Below are positions 11,075 through 24,419 of a stretch of 54,595 bases of DNA, one piece after another. A program made the position numbers and the translations under genes. The notes beneath the pieces were generated by a model. It was not told where the DNA came from and did no database searches. It saw only the letters and a list, made by a program, of their open reading frames with translations. This DNA is from Octopus bimaculoides (lineage: Eukaryota): assembly GCF_001194135.2 (NCBI RefSeq), contig NC_068987.1:54787890-54842484 (forward strand), written 5' to 3'. Each line of letters opens with the position of its first letter. Within the stretch, counting starts at the first letter, position 1.

Positions 11075-14000
11075 CGAATGGACGTTTTCTTGTGTTCGTA
11101 ATTTTTGCTATTTTCTTGTTACACAAACGAGTATATAATTTTATTTGGGACATTTTGAGTCAGTTAAACTGAACCTTCTTAGCGGGGAAAGCTTCTTGAC
11201 TAAAAAAAATTGCCCCTTTATGAGACGAAATTTAATTTCATAGTGTATTGTCTTGGCACATTTCAAACATGGCCTTCGGTTATGAAGAGGGCTAAGCCCC
11301 ACAAACTGAAATTTATGAAGTAACCATTCCTCCTCCCCTGCATTACGAAAAGGAGGTGGAGAATGAAGTGCTTGCAGTCGAAAGCACACGCACAATTTCC
11401 AACACTACCACAACCAGGAAAACAACTGTAAGTTATAAAAGTTATTAAACCTAACAGTCACGCTTTCGAATCTGTAGCAAAAGTATTTGAATGTTTAAAA
11501 CAAGTAGTGTGGTCGTCGCGAGTGAAAGGCTTGAGGACGGACTCCTTTCTCTCCGGCAGTGGTTTAATCAATTTATTTCAGGTTTTACCTGTAAAGAAAA
11601 CTGAGACTGAAGAGAGCGGAGCTGCCCTCGCGCAAACTTAAGGTAAGATGGGTAAAAGTTGTACGAATGGTTTGAATGAATGAGTCTAATTCGGACTTAA
11701 AAACTTCTAGGCCTTTGCCCTAACGGTAAGGTTGTCTTGTTGTTTGTGACGTCTCTACGACCAACCCAGAATACTCCCCCCTTTTGGGGTACTACTGTTG
11801 TTTTATATGTTTACACTTGCCATTTTTAGCTGTTTACCATTGTTAAAACTGTGTACACGATTATATGTATGACCCCCACCTTGTCTGTCCTGTATTTTCC
11901 CTCTATGTCAGGCCCTAGTGGCTAATAGAAAATTAAATTTCTTGCGAACAGACGTGTTTTCTTGTGCTCGTAAGTTTTGCTATTTTCTTGTTACACAAAC
12001 GAGTACAATTTCATTTTGGACATTTGGAGTCAGTTAAACTGAACCTGTTTGGCGGGAAAAGATTTTTGACTAAAAAAAGTTACCCCTTTAAGGGGCGAAT
12101 TTTAATTTCATAGTGTATTGTCTTGGCTTGGCACATATTTGTTTACATTTTTCAAACATGGCCTCCAGTCATGAAAAGGGCTACGCCCCACCAAACTGAA
12201 ATATACGAAGTAACCTTTTCTCCTCCCCTGCATTACGAAAAGGTGGTGGGGAACGAAGGACTTGCAGTCGAAAGCACACAGACAATTTCCAACGCTACCA
12301 CAACCAGGAAAACAACTGTAAATCTCGAAGAAAAAGTTATTAAACCTAACAGTCACGGTTTCGCATCTGTCGCAAAAGTACAAGAGCAGCTCAAAATAAA
12401 TGTTGAAGATTTGGAGTTCAAAACCCCATTCAGGAAAACGGCAGAAATGTCTTTTTAACGCCACCTAGTATAATCTCACAGCTCACTTCACGACGAACTG
12501 TAATTTATAAACACTATCACTAAAAGACTAAAAAAAATTTGACCATATACTGAAGGAACTTTTCTAAAATTGTTTGCAGTCCATCTGGAATAAAATCAAA
12601 TACGTGGCTGGAGGGGAAAATATGGCACCGTGGGAGCAAGGTTCGACTCGGAAGACGAAGCCAAACTACACGCCACAGTGCCCCTAAAAACGGATGAAAT
12701 GGTGCTCCTGCCGACATACCCTGGACGGCGAGTATCAAGAATAAAGATTGGAGAGGTGCCCCCGAGATTGACGTCCTTTGTGTGGTGGCGGCCACCCTGC
12801 TTGATAACGAGGAAAACATCGATATACTACAGATAAATAAACTACATCAAGAAAACTGGTGGGGCAGGGTCTGGAACTTTTAATTCAGGCAAATTAGCAG
12901 GCCCTTGAAAGCATTCCAGGTATAGTCCATTTGCTTAAATTATCAAAGCTGCACGTATCGGTGGAGGGGCGCAAACCGAGGTGCTATCTCTAACCCTAAC
13001 CCTAAAGTCCTTTGCTAACTGAAAACAAAAATTCCCCCTCCAGGAAAGGAGACTCCACAATAGTACCTATAGCAGCAAACGCAAGCTGCATCAAAAGTAA
13101 CCCCACCAACACCCAAAGCGCAGCGACTGCACAGTGTGCAGAGAAAGCATCAACAGCTACAAAGACGGCAACGAAGATCATCACAGAAGCTGCAATATTA
13201 GAAGCAGCACCACCATCCACATTGGAAGGGACGCCATTTGCAGCAGTAGCCAAGGATACTCGAAAAAACAACCTTAAGAACACTACAGAACTGACAACAG
13301 CAACACGAAAGGGAGAAACCACTTCAACAAACAACTGGGCATAATCTTCTAGTCGTTTGCTCTCGCTATAAGGTTATCTTGTGGCATGTAGAATCTCCAC
13401 TACCAACCTAGAATGCTCCCACTTCCCGAGTATGACCCAGAAACTGCCATAGAAGCAGACAAAGATTGGAGAGAAGTCCCCAAAAGCAAAAAAAAAAACC
13501 CAAATAGGATACCATCCAAGTACCTCCCCACAATACGCCAACTACAACACTCATATTACCAACACCACCAATACCACTGCCAGTACCACACACCATACAA
13601 AAACCACCTTCGAAAACAAACGTAAATCTTACTGTAATCAACACAAACAGTGAACCCTAATGAAATACATAAAAATACCAACATCACACCAAATGATTTT
13701 CTGTGCACTCCACCTAACGCGCCACCTCACGTACAAATAAATACTCAGTGTATCTAACACAACCTTCATTGACTTAAAAGAAAACCACCCTAATGTGGTA
13801 GGTACGCTCCAAAGAACAAAAACGAAAGTCTATACAAAACCCTGGTCGTGGAAACTCCCACAGCCACCCAGAAAAGTGAGAAAAACGTCTCACCCTCCCC
13901 GCAGCCCCAAAAGTATGTAGTGCCTCACTTTTTTGGTTTGCTCGAGTTAGGCTGCTTAAATGTGCGTGGCCAGAGATCGTTTTGGAAGAAAGAGCGCTTT

Positions 14001-14705
14001 CTCAACGACCTCAGCTCACTAAATTTGGACGTGCAAAGAGGTTGTGTGGCTGTCGCGGGTGAAAGGCTTGAGGACAGGCCTCTCTCTCTCCGGCAGTGGT
14101 TTAATCAACTATTTCAGGTTCAACTTGAAAAGAAAACTGGAACTGCAGAGGGAGGAGCTGCACTCACGCAAACTTGAGGAAAGGTGGGTAAAAGTAGCAC
14201 GAATGGTTTGAATGAATGGTTCTAAATTGACATAATCTTCTAGTTTGCTCTCGCGATAAGGTTATCTTGTGGCATGTGGGGTCTCCACAACCAACCCAGA
14301 ATACTCCCCCTTTCGGGTACCACTGTTGTTTTATATGTTTACACTTGTAAATTTTAGCTGTTTACCATTGTTAAAACTGTACACACGTTTTTATGTATGA
14401 CCCCACCCTTATATCCTGTATCGTCCCTCTATGTCATGCTCTAGGGGTTATTAAAGAAAAGAATTTCTTACCGAAAGGACGTGTTTTTTTGTTGTTTTTT
14501 TTTGCTCATTGTTTTATTCTGTTGTTCGAATTGCAATTTGTAAAATTCTTTGTATTCTTGCTCCTTTTTGAAACTGAGCCCACTTGGCAGCTAAAATTTC
14601 ACCTGTTCTCTGTGGGGGGTTCTACCTCATCTTTCTACCTACCCTGTATTATCCCTCTATATGTAGCCCTTAGTGGCCAGTAAAGAATTAAATTTCTTGC
14701 CGAAC
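11075..14705 (+). mobile_element. Head-to-tail array of deleted Tx1/L1-like non-LTR retrotransposon copies
   Basis: 11075-11490 repeats 11945-12380, and 11500-11945 repeats 14040-14470. ORF1 remnant ...MVLLPTYPGRRVSRIKIGEVPP...VSVEGRKPRCYL (cut at the expected zinc knuckle) and an APE endonuclease start LGCLNVRGQRSFWKKERFLNDL at about 13940-14035. Confidence 0.7.
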
Positions 14706-14944
14706 AACCACACAAATGATTTGTTTATAGTGATCAAATGTTTGTGTACACATAAGCTCACTCCCTCCATCAAATTGACATTACCTGTACAGGTACAACA
14801 TGTGCCACATGTCAGATGACGAAATGATCGCAGAGCAACGTGAAATGAAGTGCTTCGCTCAAGAACACAACGCAACGCCGGGTCTGGGAATCGAATCCAC
14901 GCCTTCACACACACACACGCACACACATGCACACACACTTTAAC

Positions 14945-15140
14945 ATTTATTTCTATAGATTTTCTATAGAATTCAGAGCCAGCACTGCAAGTTCTTTGCA
15001 ATGCTGTCTTTGAAATCTATTGAAAATCCATAGAGACAAACTTAAAAGTAAGAATATGGCCCTGCGAACACAGGGTAACACGCAATATTGGCTTGTAAAT
15101 CTGTAATATACTTGGTATATTATAATGTTTGCAACACGAA
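14945..15140 (+). mobile_element. Old fragment of an RLE (R4-like) LINE 3' coding end
   Basis: Degenerate similarity to the RLE C-terminus seen at 15976-16290. Confidence 0.35.
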
Positions 15141-15191
15141 ATAGTTTCTTTGCTAGCAATTAATACATACATACTTATATATATATACATA

Positions 15192-15244
<53 letters not shown>

Positions 15245-15533
15245 TTAGAGAAAAGAACCAAAGTTCATGAACTTATCCATGTACTTATATGTGTGTGTGT
15301 GTGTGTATGTATATATGTATGTATACACACACACACACACACACACACATATATGTATATATATATGTATATATATATATATTAGGAAGTTAACAGTTAT
15401 GACGGATCAGAGAGTGACCATTGGTTGTGCACCTATAGGCGACTCCTGGCCATAACTTTCAACTACCTAAAAAATATACTTTATTGCTCTAATACTTTAG
15501 AGTGTACTTCTTCTTCGGATATACGAACTACTG

Positions 15534-15578
<45 letters not shown>

Positions 15579-15769
15579 GATAAAGAACTTGGAATGCACT
15601 GAGACTCGTTATGTTCTTTTTTACAGTTTTAAAGACTTAACAGGCTTCACAGAGTTCTCTGATTTTCAAAAGTTTAGATAGAAAGACGTGGAACTATACG
15701 CACACAAATTGTGTGTGTGTGTCTGTGTGTCTGGTTGTGTGTCTCACTGTGTGTATGTGCTCTTGCGCG

Positions 15770-16290
15770 CGTCATTCAGTTTTATTTCAAGATTTCTTGC
15801 CAATAACGAAAGAGCCGGCTTCTAACCTAGATCCAAGGCTCTTTCATTGGAATTTCAGCAGCAACAACAGGGTATCCTTGTTTGTATGTATGTATTTGTG
15901 CAGATTTGTATGTTTTGTTTTATGTATGTATCCTCATGTATATTGTTGCATATCTAGACATGCTCATATATATATTTAAATGATAGACTTCTGGAAAGTT
16001 TTACAGATTTTTACAGTTCCAGTGATGGATTGGATCTGTAGTCTTCGAATTAGCTTTCTCCTTTCTGGTTTTGAGAAGTCTAATTTCTCACGATTGGTAT
16101 TTAGGCAGCGTGTTATATATCCCATGGCCCTAATAATTACAAGTATAAACCAGATCTTGTAAACTGGATAGAGTAACTGCAGATTTCTCAATAGTTCAGC
16201 GTAGGTATTCTCTTCTTCTGTTCTTCAGCTTTATGTTAACATCCGCTGAGCTGCTAATTTCCACAACTGTACACAGTTTCTCTTTTCCGT
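15770..16290 (-). mobile_element. R4/Dong-like (RLE) LINE 3' end with 3' UTR
   Basis: KEKLCTVVEISSSADVNIKLK...LIRRLQIQSITGTVKICKTFQK restriction-like endonuclease C-terminus; UTR shared with 24420, 46440 and 47440. Confidence 0.8.
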
Positions 16291-16667
16291 ATGTTTGTAT
16301 CACTGTGTCCGTCGCATTTAGAGCAACGTTGAATGAAATGTTTTGCTCAAGAATACAGGTTACTGCAAGCCTGGGAATCGAATCCACGATCGCCAGATCG
16401 TGAGTGCAACAATCTGCACACACACACGCACATATACATACACATACACACAAACATTTGTATGGATGACCTGAAGTTAAACAACAGCAGAAAATAATTC
16501 AACAACAAATATCAAACATAACATGGAAGTCACTTCTAATGTGTAACTTAGTTACAAAGCCATAATGATTATACAATGAGAAAAGACAGAAAGATCTATG
16601 TAACGTTCATATCTTTCTGTAGAACATTTACAACGAATGAACTTATTTAAAGAAGGAAAAGTATCAC

Positions 16668-16732
16668 TTATGATCCTTTTCGTGGCCTCCAAAGAAGACA
16701 TTAATCTCAAACCAGCGACTTGGCCCGAATGC
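16668..16732 (-). CDS. Candidate coding exon (AFGPSRWFEINVFFGGHEKDH)
   Basis: Acceptor ctattgcag and a weaker donor gtgata. 65 nt, phase 0 to phase 2, in frame with 8888-8958. Confidence 0.45.
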
Positions 16733-16834
16733 CTGCAATAGAGTAGGCTTTGCTTAATCCCATTAACGGCCAATGACACATTTCGGTACAGAGGTTTTCT
16801 AAATAATATTGTAATATTATCTTTTATTAGACAG

Positions 16835-17410
16835 TGGCCATTCTGGGGCTCCGCCTTGAAGAATTTTCAGTCGAATGAATCGACCCAATTACTTTCATTT
16901 TTAAAGCTGGTATTTATTCTATCGATCTCTCTTGCCGAGCCGCTAATAAAAGGAGACGTAAATACACCAACATCGGTTATCAAGCGGTAGGGTGGGGGAC
17001 TAACACACACACACACACACACATGTATACTCTTTTTTACTTGTTTCAGTCATTTGACTGCGGCCTTGCTGGAGCACCACCTTTAGTCGAGCAAATCGAT
17101 CCCGGGACTTATTCTTTGTAAGCCTAGTACTTATTCTATCGGTCTCTTTTTGCCGAACCGCTAAGTTACGGGGACGTAAACACACCAGCATCGGTTGTCA
17201 AGCAATAGTGGGAGGACAAAAACACATACACATATATACATATATACAACGAGCTTCTTTCAGTTTCCGTCTACCAAATCTACTCACGAGGCTTTGGTCG
17301 ACCCGAGGCTATAGTAGAAGACACTTGCCAAGGTGCCACGCCGTGGGACTGAACCCGGAACCATGTGGTTGGTAAGCAAGCTACTTACCACATAGCCACT
17401 TCTGCGCCTG
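16835..17410 (-). mobile_element. SINE family A tail plus a full copy
   Basis: Near-identical to 10235-10595 and 49091-49505. Confidence 0.85.
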
Positions 17411-17477
17411 TACANNNNNNNNNNNNNNNNNNNNATATATATATATATATATATATAATATAATATAATATAATATG

Positions 17478-17647
17478 ATATACGACAGGCTTCTTTCAGT
17501 TTCCGTCTACCAAATCCACTCACAAGTATTTGGTCGAACCGAGGCTATAGTAAAAGATACTTGCCCAAGGTGCCACACTGTGGAACTGAATCCAGAACCA
17601 TGTGGTTGGGAGACCAGCATCTTACCATACAGCCACGCCTGCGCCTA
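17478..17647 (-). mobile_element. SINE family A head
   Basis: tRNA-like head plus the ggtagacggaaactgaaagaagcc module. Confidence 0.8.
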
Positions 17648-17721
17648 TATAAATAATGCTATAAAGACTCTTATATTTCTTTTGTTATATACTACATATT
17701 TACACTATTCTCTAAATATAC

Positions 17722-17769
17722 CTTTAAGAAAAGCAATATAACAGGAGAAATACAAAGAACCCATAGAAG
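17722..17769 (-). CDS. Possible 48-nt coding exon (LLWVLCISPVILLFLK, hydrophobic)
   Basis: Strong acceptor cttttacattttctcag, donor AAG|gtatat; phase 0-0 is compatible with the next exon. No homology support. Confidence 0.3.
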
Positions 17770-18527
17770 CTGAGAAAATGTAAAAGTTTATAGATCATAT
17801 TCGTAGCTGATTTATGGCCTTCATTGGGTTAAAGTCCCCAAGGATCACCACTACTGTTGAATGTAGAGCTCCAAGTAGATTGTCCTCATCCAGATGATCC
17901 GTTGTGGTTATGCATCCAATTGCACTTGGAACATCCAACGCAGCGTTCCAAACAACCACAATTGTGAAACATACGTAGAAACAAATAATATAAACTTGTG
18001 ATTATCGTAATTTCTTATAGAAAATAGTCTAATAAGTAAACACAAGCAATATACCTCGGTCACAATATGGTATATATCCACCTCTGCTATTTCAGCCTTT
18101 GCTTCAGCAGCTATTTCCGGAAAATTCCCACAAGGATTACTTTACACGGATACTTGCTACTGGAATGAAATTACACTCCAAGTACTGTTTTCTCTTTCTT
18201 TCTTTTTTCAGCGCATCACACTCACTTCATACTATAACTCTCCGCTTATGGATATAATAATCGATTCCTTTACTATTTCTGTCTCAGATGTAGGGAAGTA
18301 CTGGATCTTCCCAGAAACAGCTGTAAGACTCTATCCATAAAATATATTTCCAACTTTACCATTGCTCTCTTTATCTTTTTATATATTTATACATACACAC
18401 GCTAATACACGACTTATAATCCCCAATCCTGTTCATACAACGACTGGGGCAAAACTAGTCGGTATACAGCACTTACTCTGTATTACCTGTATCTTTTGGG
18501 GTTTGGTTAAATCCAATACCCTCCTCA

Positions 18528-18562
<35 letters not shown>

Positions 18563-19274
18563 NNNNNNNNNNNNNNNNNNNNNNNNNNNNNNNNNNNNNN
18601 NNNNNNNNNNNNNNNNNNNNNNNNNNNNNNNNNNNNNNNNNNNNNNNNNNNNNNNNNNNNNNNNNNNNNNNNNNNNNNNNNNNNNNNNNNNNNNNNNNNN
18701 NNNNNNNNNNNNNNNNNNNNNNNNNNNNNNNNNNNNNNNNNNNNNNNNNNNNNNNNNNNNNNNNNNNNNNNNNNNNNNNNNNNNNNNNNNNNNNNNNNNN
18801 NNNNNNNNNNNNNNNNNNNNNATATTTACCCGATCAACCAGCCATGAGTACGCATGCCGTAACTGAAATTTCAATAGCCTGAAATGACTTGAAACAGGGG
18901 AAACAGTCAGTACTAACTGAATCGCGAATTCAGTTCTCTTCTATGAACATTACTATTGGTTTTGCTATACGGATGGCGCCCAAACATAATGACAACAACA
19001 ACAGTAACTATAAAACAAGTAAACAATAACAAGTAGTGTTCAACAGATAAAATTAGTAATAAAGAACTAAATGAAACAATACCGATATATTCGCTGGTAG
19101 AGTAGAATAGATTTAACAGTGAACGAAGAGAAAGCGCACAACTGAGGAGGGAATGCTTCATATGTAATTACATAATAACAAGGAATCGATAAACTAGATG
19201 TCTTTTTAATTGCTAGGGATGTATTTATAATGTAATTAATGGCTTGGATGCTTTATTAACTTCTTGTCTTGTTA

Positions 19275-19650
19275 TTCTTTGTGTGTTGTTGTTGTTGTTG
19301 TTGTTACTGCTCTCTTTTGTTACTTCGAGACTGTTATGTTCTTTCTACTAGTGTGCCCAATTTTAGAACTGGTTATTGTGTTGCAGCAACACATAGGTCT
19401 TGTTGTTGTTGTTGGTGGTGGTAGTATTTTGTGTGATTGAGATGATTATGGTGGTGGCGGCGGTGGTATGGTGGTAGCTGCGTTCATAGTTAGGTATTTG
19501 TGAAGGTAGCTGTAGTGTTGATGGTGGTGTGGTGGTGGTGGTGGTAGTGGTCGTGATAGTTGCAGTGGTAGTGGTCGTCATCATTGTCGTGGTGGTGGCG
19601 GTCGCCGCTGTCGTCGTCGTGACAGTGGTGGCAATGGTGGAGGGGATGAT
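19275..19650. repeat. (GTT)n/(GTG)n/(GTC)n trinucleotide low-complexity tract
   Basis: Directly visible. Confidence 0.9.
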
Positions 19651-20050
19651 AGCCGTAACCATTTTGTAATTTTTTTCTAAATCAGTCATTTTGAGAAGGA
19701 GCTATATTCTCCCCTCTCTGTGGAGGCCCTAAAACATTTGAAAGGATCTTCAGACTGAAAACTAAGAAAAGGAGAAAAGTGCTGATATATGGAAGGGGAG
19801 GCCACAATTGAAAATCTTTGAGAAAGGGACCTATATCCGATGTAATGCCCAAACATCATTTTATACTCAGTCCGTCGTTAGAATGTGTTAGGAAACAGGA
19901 AGTATTGGGGAAACACATCGGTTCAGGATTTTAACTGTGATGTCAAGTTTTCGTTGGTGACGCAATAAAAATATCTCTGTAACAGTGAACAATTAAGTAT
20001 TTAGAAGTAGACAAAGATAAAATACAAAACTTAGATTATAATCCAGTGGT

Positions 20051-20438
20051 TGTTGTTGTTGTTGTTGTTGGCACTCCGTCGCTTACGACGTCGAGGGTTC
20101 CAGTTGATCCGATGAACGGAACAGCCTGCTCGTGAAATTAACCTTCAAGTGGCTGAGCACTCCACAGACACGTGTACCCTTAAAGTAGTTCTCAGGGAGA
20201 TACAGTGTGACAAGGCTGACCCTTTGAATTACAGGCACAACAGAAACAGGAAGTAAGAGTAAGAGAAAGTTGTGGTGAAAGAGTACAGTAGGGTTCGCCA
20301 CCATCCCCTGCCGGAGCCTCGTGGATCTTTAGGTGTTTTAGCTCAATAAACATTCACAACGCCCGGTCTGGGAATCGAAACCGCGATCCTATGACCGCGA
20401 GTCCGCTGCCCTAACCACTGGGCCATTGCGCCTCCAGT
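20051..20438 (-). mobile_element. Intact tRNA-derived SINE family C with 21-bp TSD
   Basis: Head ggaggcgcaatggcccagtggttagggcagcggactcg...gtttcgattccc, (caa)n tail, TSD cttagattataatccagtggt at 20030-20050 and 20439-20459. Confidence 0.9.
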
Positions 20439-21659
20439 CTTAGATTATAATCCAGTGGTAATCATCTAGATATCTACATCAGCGTGATGGTAATGAAATA
20501 CCCGCAAAAAGTTTCAAGAACGTAAAGTGGAAATAGAAAATAACAGCACAAAAAACAAGAGTGTAAATAATATAACTGCATTTAAAGAATGAACAGAGAC
20601 TAATTCAACTCAATGGATGCCCTGCTTCCCGTTTGCAGCGTGAACAAAAGCTACTTTCCTGCTTAATACAGCTTACCGAGCGAAGATTAATAATTGTGTG
20701 GGGTTTTCTTATAACGATGTAACCTTACCCTTTAACACACCTTTACACTAATAATTTTACACACACACAACTCGCTAAGATCGTTGAAATATAGATGTTT
20801 ACTATCAAATTTAACACGTTCGTGTACATACAAAAGTGAAAAGACTTTGGATGCAGACACAGTTTCAGGAGGGAAATTCTTATAGACAATGTCATCATTT
20901 GAGCGTCCACAGCTTATGCTTTTCGCATAGATTGTCTGTAGGGAGAATTTCTTTCTCGAGTTGCCCCAAAGACTGTCTTTCCATGTCTCATTTTATACGA
21001 ACGAGTTCAATATAATTTCACATACCTATATTTCAAATACCATTGCTTGGTGTACCCCTATTAAATTCTAATTTGAAAAAGCTTCTCACACGTCAGTAAA
21101 TCTATTGTATGCTGTTTAAACATGAGAAACGCAGTTCTTAGTGGTCCGTTGTTGATGGCGTGTATGATGTACGCTAAGATCCGATGATTTAATTCATAGC
21201 TTAATGCTGTGTATTTTGCATGCACTCTCTACAGATGGAATTTCTCACCCAAGAAAGCTTCTCCAGTGAGTACGTTTGATTACATGAACGCTTGAGTACA
21301 TGAACATGTTTGAGTACACGAACATATTAAATACAATTGTACACGCCAATATTCCAATCATCACTGCTTAGTGTTCTTCCGTTTGATAAACACACGCGCT
21401 CACACACACACGCGTGTGCATACATACGTATATATATATATATTTATTTATTCAAACGCGCGCGCGCGCACGGAGTAAACCGTCAACTTGCTATATAGTA
21501 ACAACATTCATCCACTCTACCATTGTATTAGTTCTATATCAGTTACTGTTTGCATTATATAAAGTATATTTAAATTCAATACTATGTAAAATATATTCTA
21601 ATATACTTTACAACACTTATGATATATAGATACGAGCATGTTTTGTGCTTATTATTTAG

Positions 21660-21975
21660 TAATGTTCATCCTTTCGGGTCGATAAAATAAGAACCAGTCG
21701 AGAACTGAGATCGATGTAATCAACTTACCCACTCCTACGAAAGTGCTGGCCTTGTATCAAAATTTGATTTTATCGATATTTAGTAATATTAACGCGGTGA
21801 ACAGGCAGAATCGTTAGCACGTTCGTCTTTACATTCCGAGTTCAAATCCCGCCGAGGCCGACGTTGCCTTTCATCTTTTCGAGGTCGATAAAATAAGTAC
21901 TATTTACGAACTGGGGTCAATGTAATTGCTTTGTCTCACACACACACCCCTTGAATTTGTGCCAAAATTTGAAAT
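21660..21975 (+). mobile_element. Two SINE family E copies
   Basis: Family E core motifs. Confidence 0.75.
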
Positions 21976-22189
21976 CAATATTTACTAATGTTAATAAATC
22001 AAAATTTTAGATAACATTATGCATTTAGAGATGGTGGGACTTTATGCTATTAATAAAATAGAGTTTATTGAATCATATTAACCAGTAAGTTGAAACTTAG
22101 TCATAGCGAACTCATAAATAGATAAATAGATAGATAGATAGATGCATCTTTATTATGCATACATATATGTCTGCGTATATATATACGTA

Positions 22190-22501
22190 TAACACAATGT
22201 GTGTGAATGCGTGTGTGTATGCGCGCGCGTGCGTGTGTGTGGGTGTGTGTGTGTGTGATACAATAGGAATAAAAGCTGACACAATTAAATTTGGAGTTGT
22301 TTGACTAATCTTGGAATCATTTCAGGTGTTATTCGTGAAGAACTTGCAACATAGACATTTAAGTGGAATAACTCCAAACTTAATTGTCAGATGTTACTTA
22401 TTTTATTGCGTTATGATTACCACACGACTTTATTGAGCACTAAATCACTTTGCTGTTAACTGTAAATTATTGCAAAGTATAGTGTGCGTGCGTGTGTGTG
22501 T

Positions 22502-22570
<69 letters not shown>

Positions 22571-22625
22571 TGGGTATCTGTGTGCGTGCGTGTATGTGTG
22601 TTTATACACACGCACACACACACAT
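22190..22625. repeat. (TG)n microsatellites
   Basis: Directly visible. Confidence 0.9.
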
Positions 22626-23829
22626 TGAGTCAACAGATGAAATCAAGAGAATCTCAATATAGAAAACAGTAGCACTCAAATGATTTGAACTTACACTCTG
22701 ATATCTTTACCACCGCAACCTCTTCCTTGCCTTCTACTATACCGATTCTTCCTTTAAATTTACCTTTAAATTTACCTGCATAATGATCTGATACGTTAGA
22801 CTCTTATCTATCCACCCTGATCAAGGTGGGGTCTGGATTTTACCAGCGTTTATTTGCTTCCATTACTGGCTGCAAATTTTTGACGAACTACATCTGCTAA
22901 CATTATGAAGTAAGTCCGAGCCCTCAGAAACAGCTGTCGGACTTGTAACACATTCTCCGTTCTAATTCTTTGAGTCTATGTAATCCGAGTACGTTTGCTC
23001 TATCAAAAAAATATATATTTATACTTGATTGTTAGTCATCTGAAAATTTAAGGTCTACCTTCTCTTTTTACATGTACACGGGTATATATATATATATATA
23101 TNNNNNNNNNNNNNNNNNNNNNNNNNNNNNNNNNNNNNNNNNNNNNNNNNNNNNNNNNNNNNNNNNNNNNNNNNNNNNNNNNNNNNNNNNNNNNNNNNNN
23201 NNNNNNNNNNNNNNNNNNNNNNNNNNNNNNNNNNNNNNNNNNNNNNNNNNNNNNNNNNNNNNNNNNNNNNNNNNNNNNNNNNNNNNNNNNNNNNNNNNNN
23301 NNNNNNNNNNNNNNNNNNNNNNNNNNNNNNNNNNNNNNNNNNNNNNNNNNNNNNNNNNNNNNNNNNNNNNNNNNNNNNNNNNNNNNNNNNNNNNNNNNNN
23401 NNNNNNNNNNNNNNNNNNNNNNNNNNNNNNNNNNNNNNNNNNNNNNNNNNNNNNNNNNNNNNNNNNNNNNNNNNNNNNNNNNNNNNNNNNNNNNNNNNNN
23501 NNNNNNNNNNNNNNNNNNNNNNNNNNNNNNNNNNNNNNNNNNNNNNNNNNNNNNNNNNNNNNNNNNNNNNNNNNNNNNNNNNNNNNNNNNNNNNNNNNNN
23601 NNNNNNNNNNNNNNNNNNNNNNNNNNNNNNNNNNNNNNNNNNNNNNNNNNNNNNNNNNNNNNNNNNNNNNNNNNNNNNNNNNNNNNNNNNNNNNNNNNNN
23701 NNNNNNNNNNNNNNNNNNNNNNNNNNNNNNNNNNNNNNNNNNNNNNNNNNNNNNNNNNNNNNNNNNNNNNNNNNNNNNNNNNNNNNNNNNNNNNNNNNNN
23801 NNNNNNNNNNNNNNNNNNNNNNNNNNTCT

Positions 23830-23862
<33 letters not shown>

Positions 23863-24419
23863 TATATATAGTTCTTCAAGTTTTCATAAGGCACAAAACA
23901 CAGGTACTCGAATATTGTATGTCAGGTTTTAGAGTAGGAATATTATTCATACAATATTATTCACTTATACAGTCAATTCATGTACTAAATGATTTCGTGC
24001 TGAAGAACATTCCAAATATTGAAAGATGAATTAACAATCATCAGACAAATTAGTCCACGTAGCCATGTCTGATTATAATAAATTTACCCTCACCACACTT
24101 CGAAGGATTTTTTAGCATGAAACCATTTCGTAACATGAGTTGACTGCTATGAGACTAAATGTATGATATTGTTTGCATAATGTGTATATATTAGATACAG
24201 TTTGACCGAATGTCGTTGAACACTTGCGTTTTATCACCCATTGTTGATTTAGAGATATTTCTGCATATGAAACTTAAACGTTTCATATGCATTTTTCACG
24301 TTGCTACGCATCCATCACTGGTATAAGAGAGCCGACATTTTTTTATCAGAACGTGAAGATTAAGTAGTATCTTTGTCCCTCTTGTTAATCAGGCATTTAG
24401 TTGCTATTTATGTATATCA

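Noticed and set aside
17770-18240. Cys-rich frame (CGCLERCVGCSKC) and GDFN / IDYI-like motifs
   Set aside because: No usable acceptor, and the endonuclease-like motifs are in the wrong order.
19363-19689. Thr-rich 108-aa ORF resembling a mucin
   Set aside because: It is a trinucleotide repeat tract without splice support.
22695-22775. Exon-like unit GKFKGKFKGRIGIVEGKEEVAVVKISE
   Set aside because: Phase 1-1 is incompatible with the better-supported neighbours, and the acceptor is weak.
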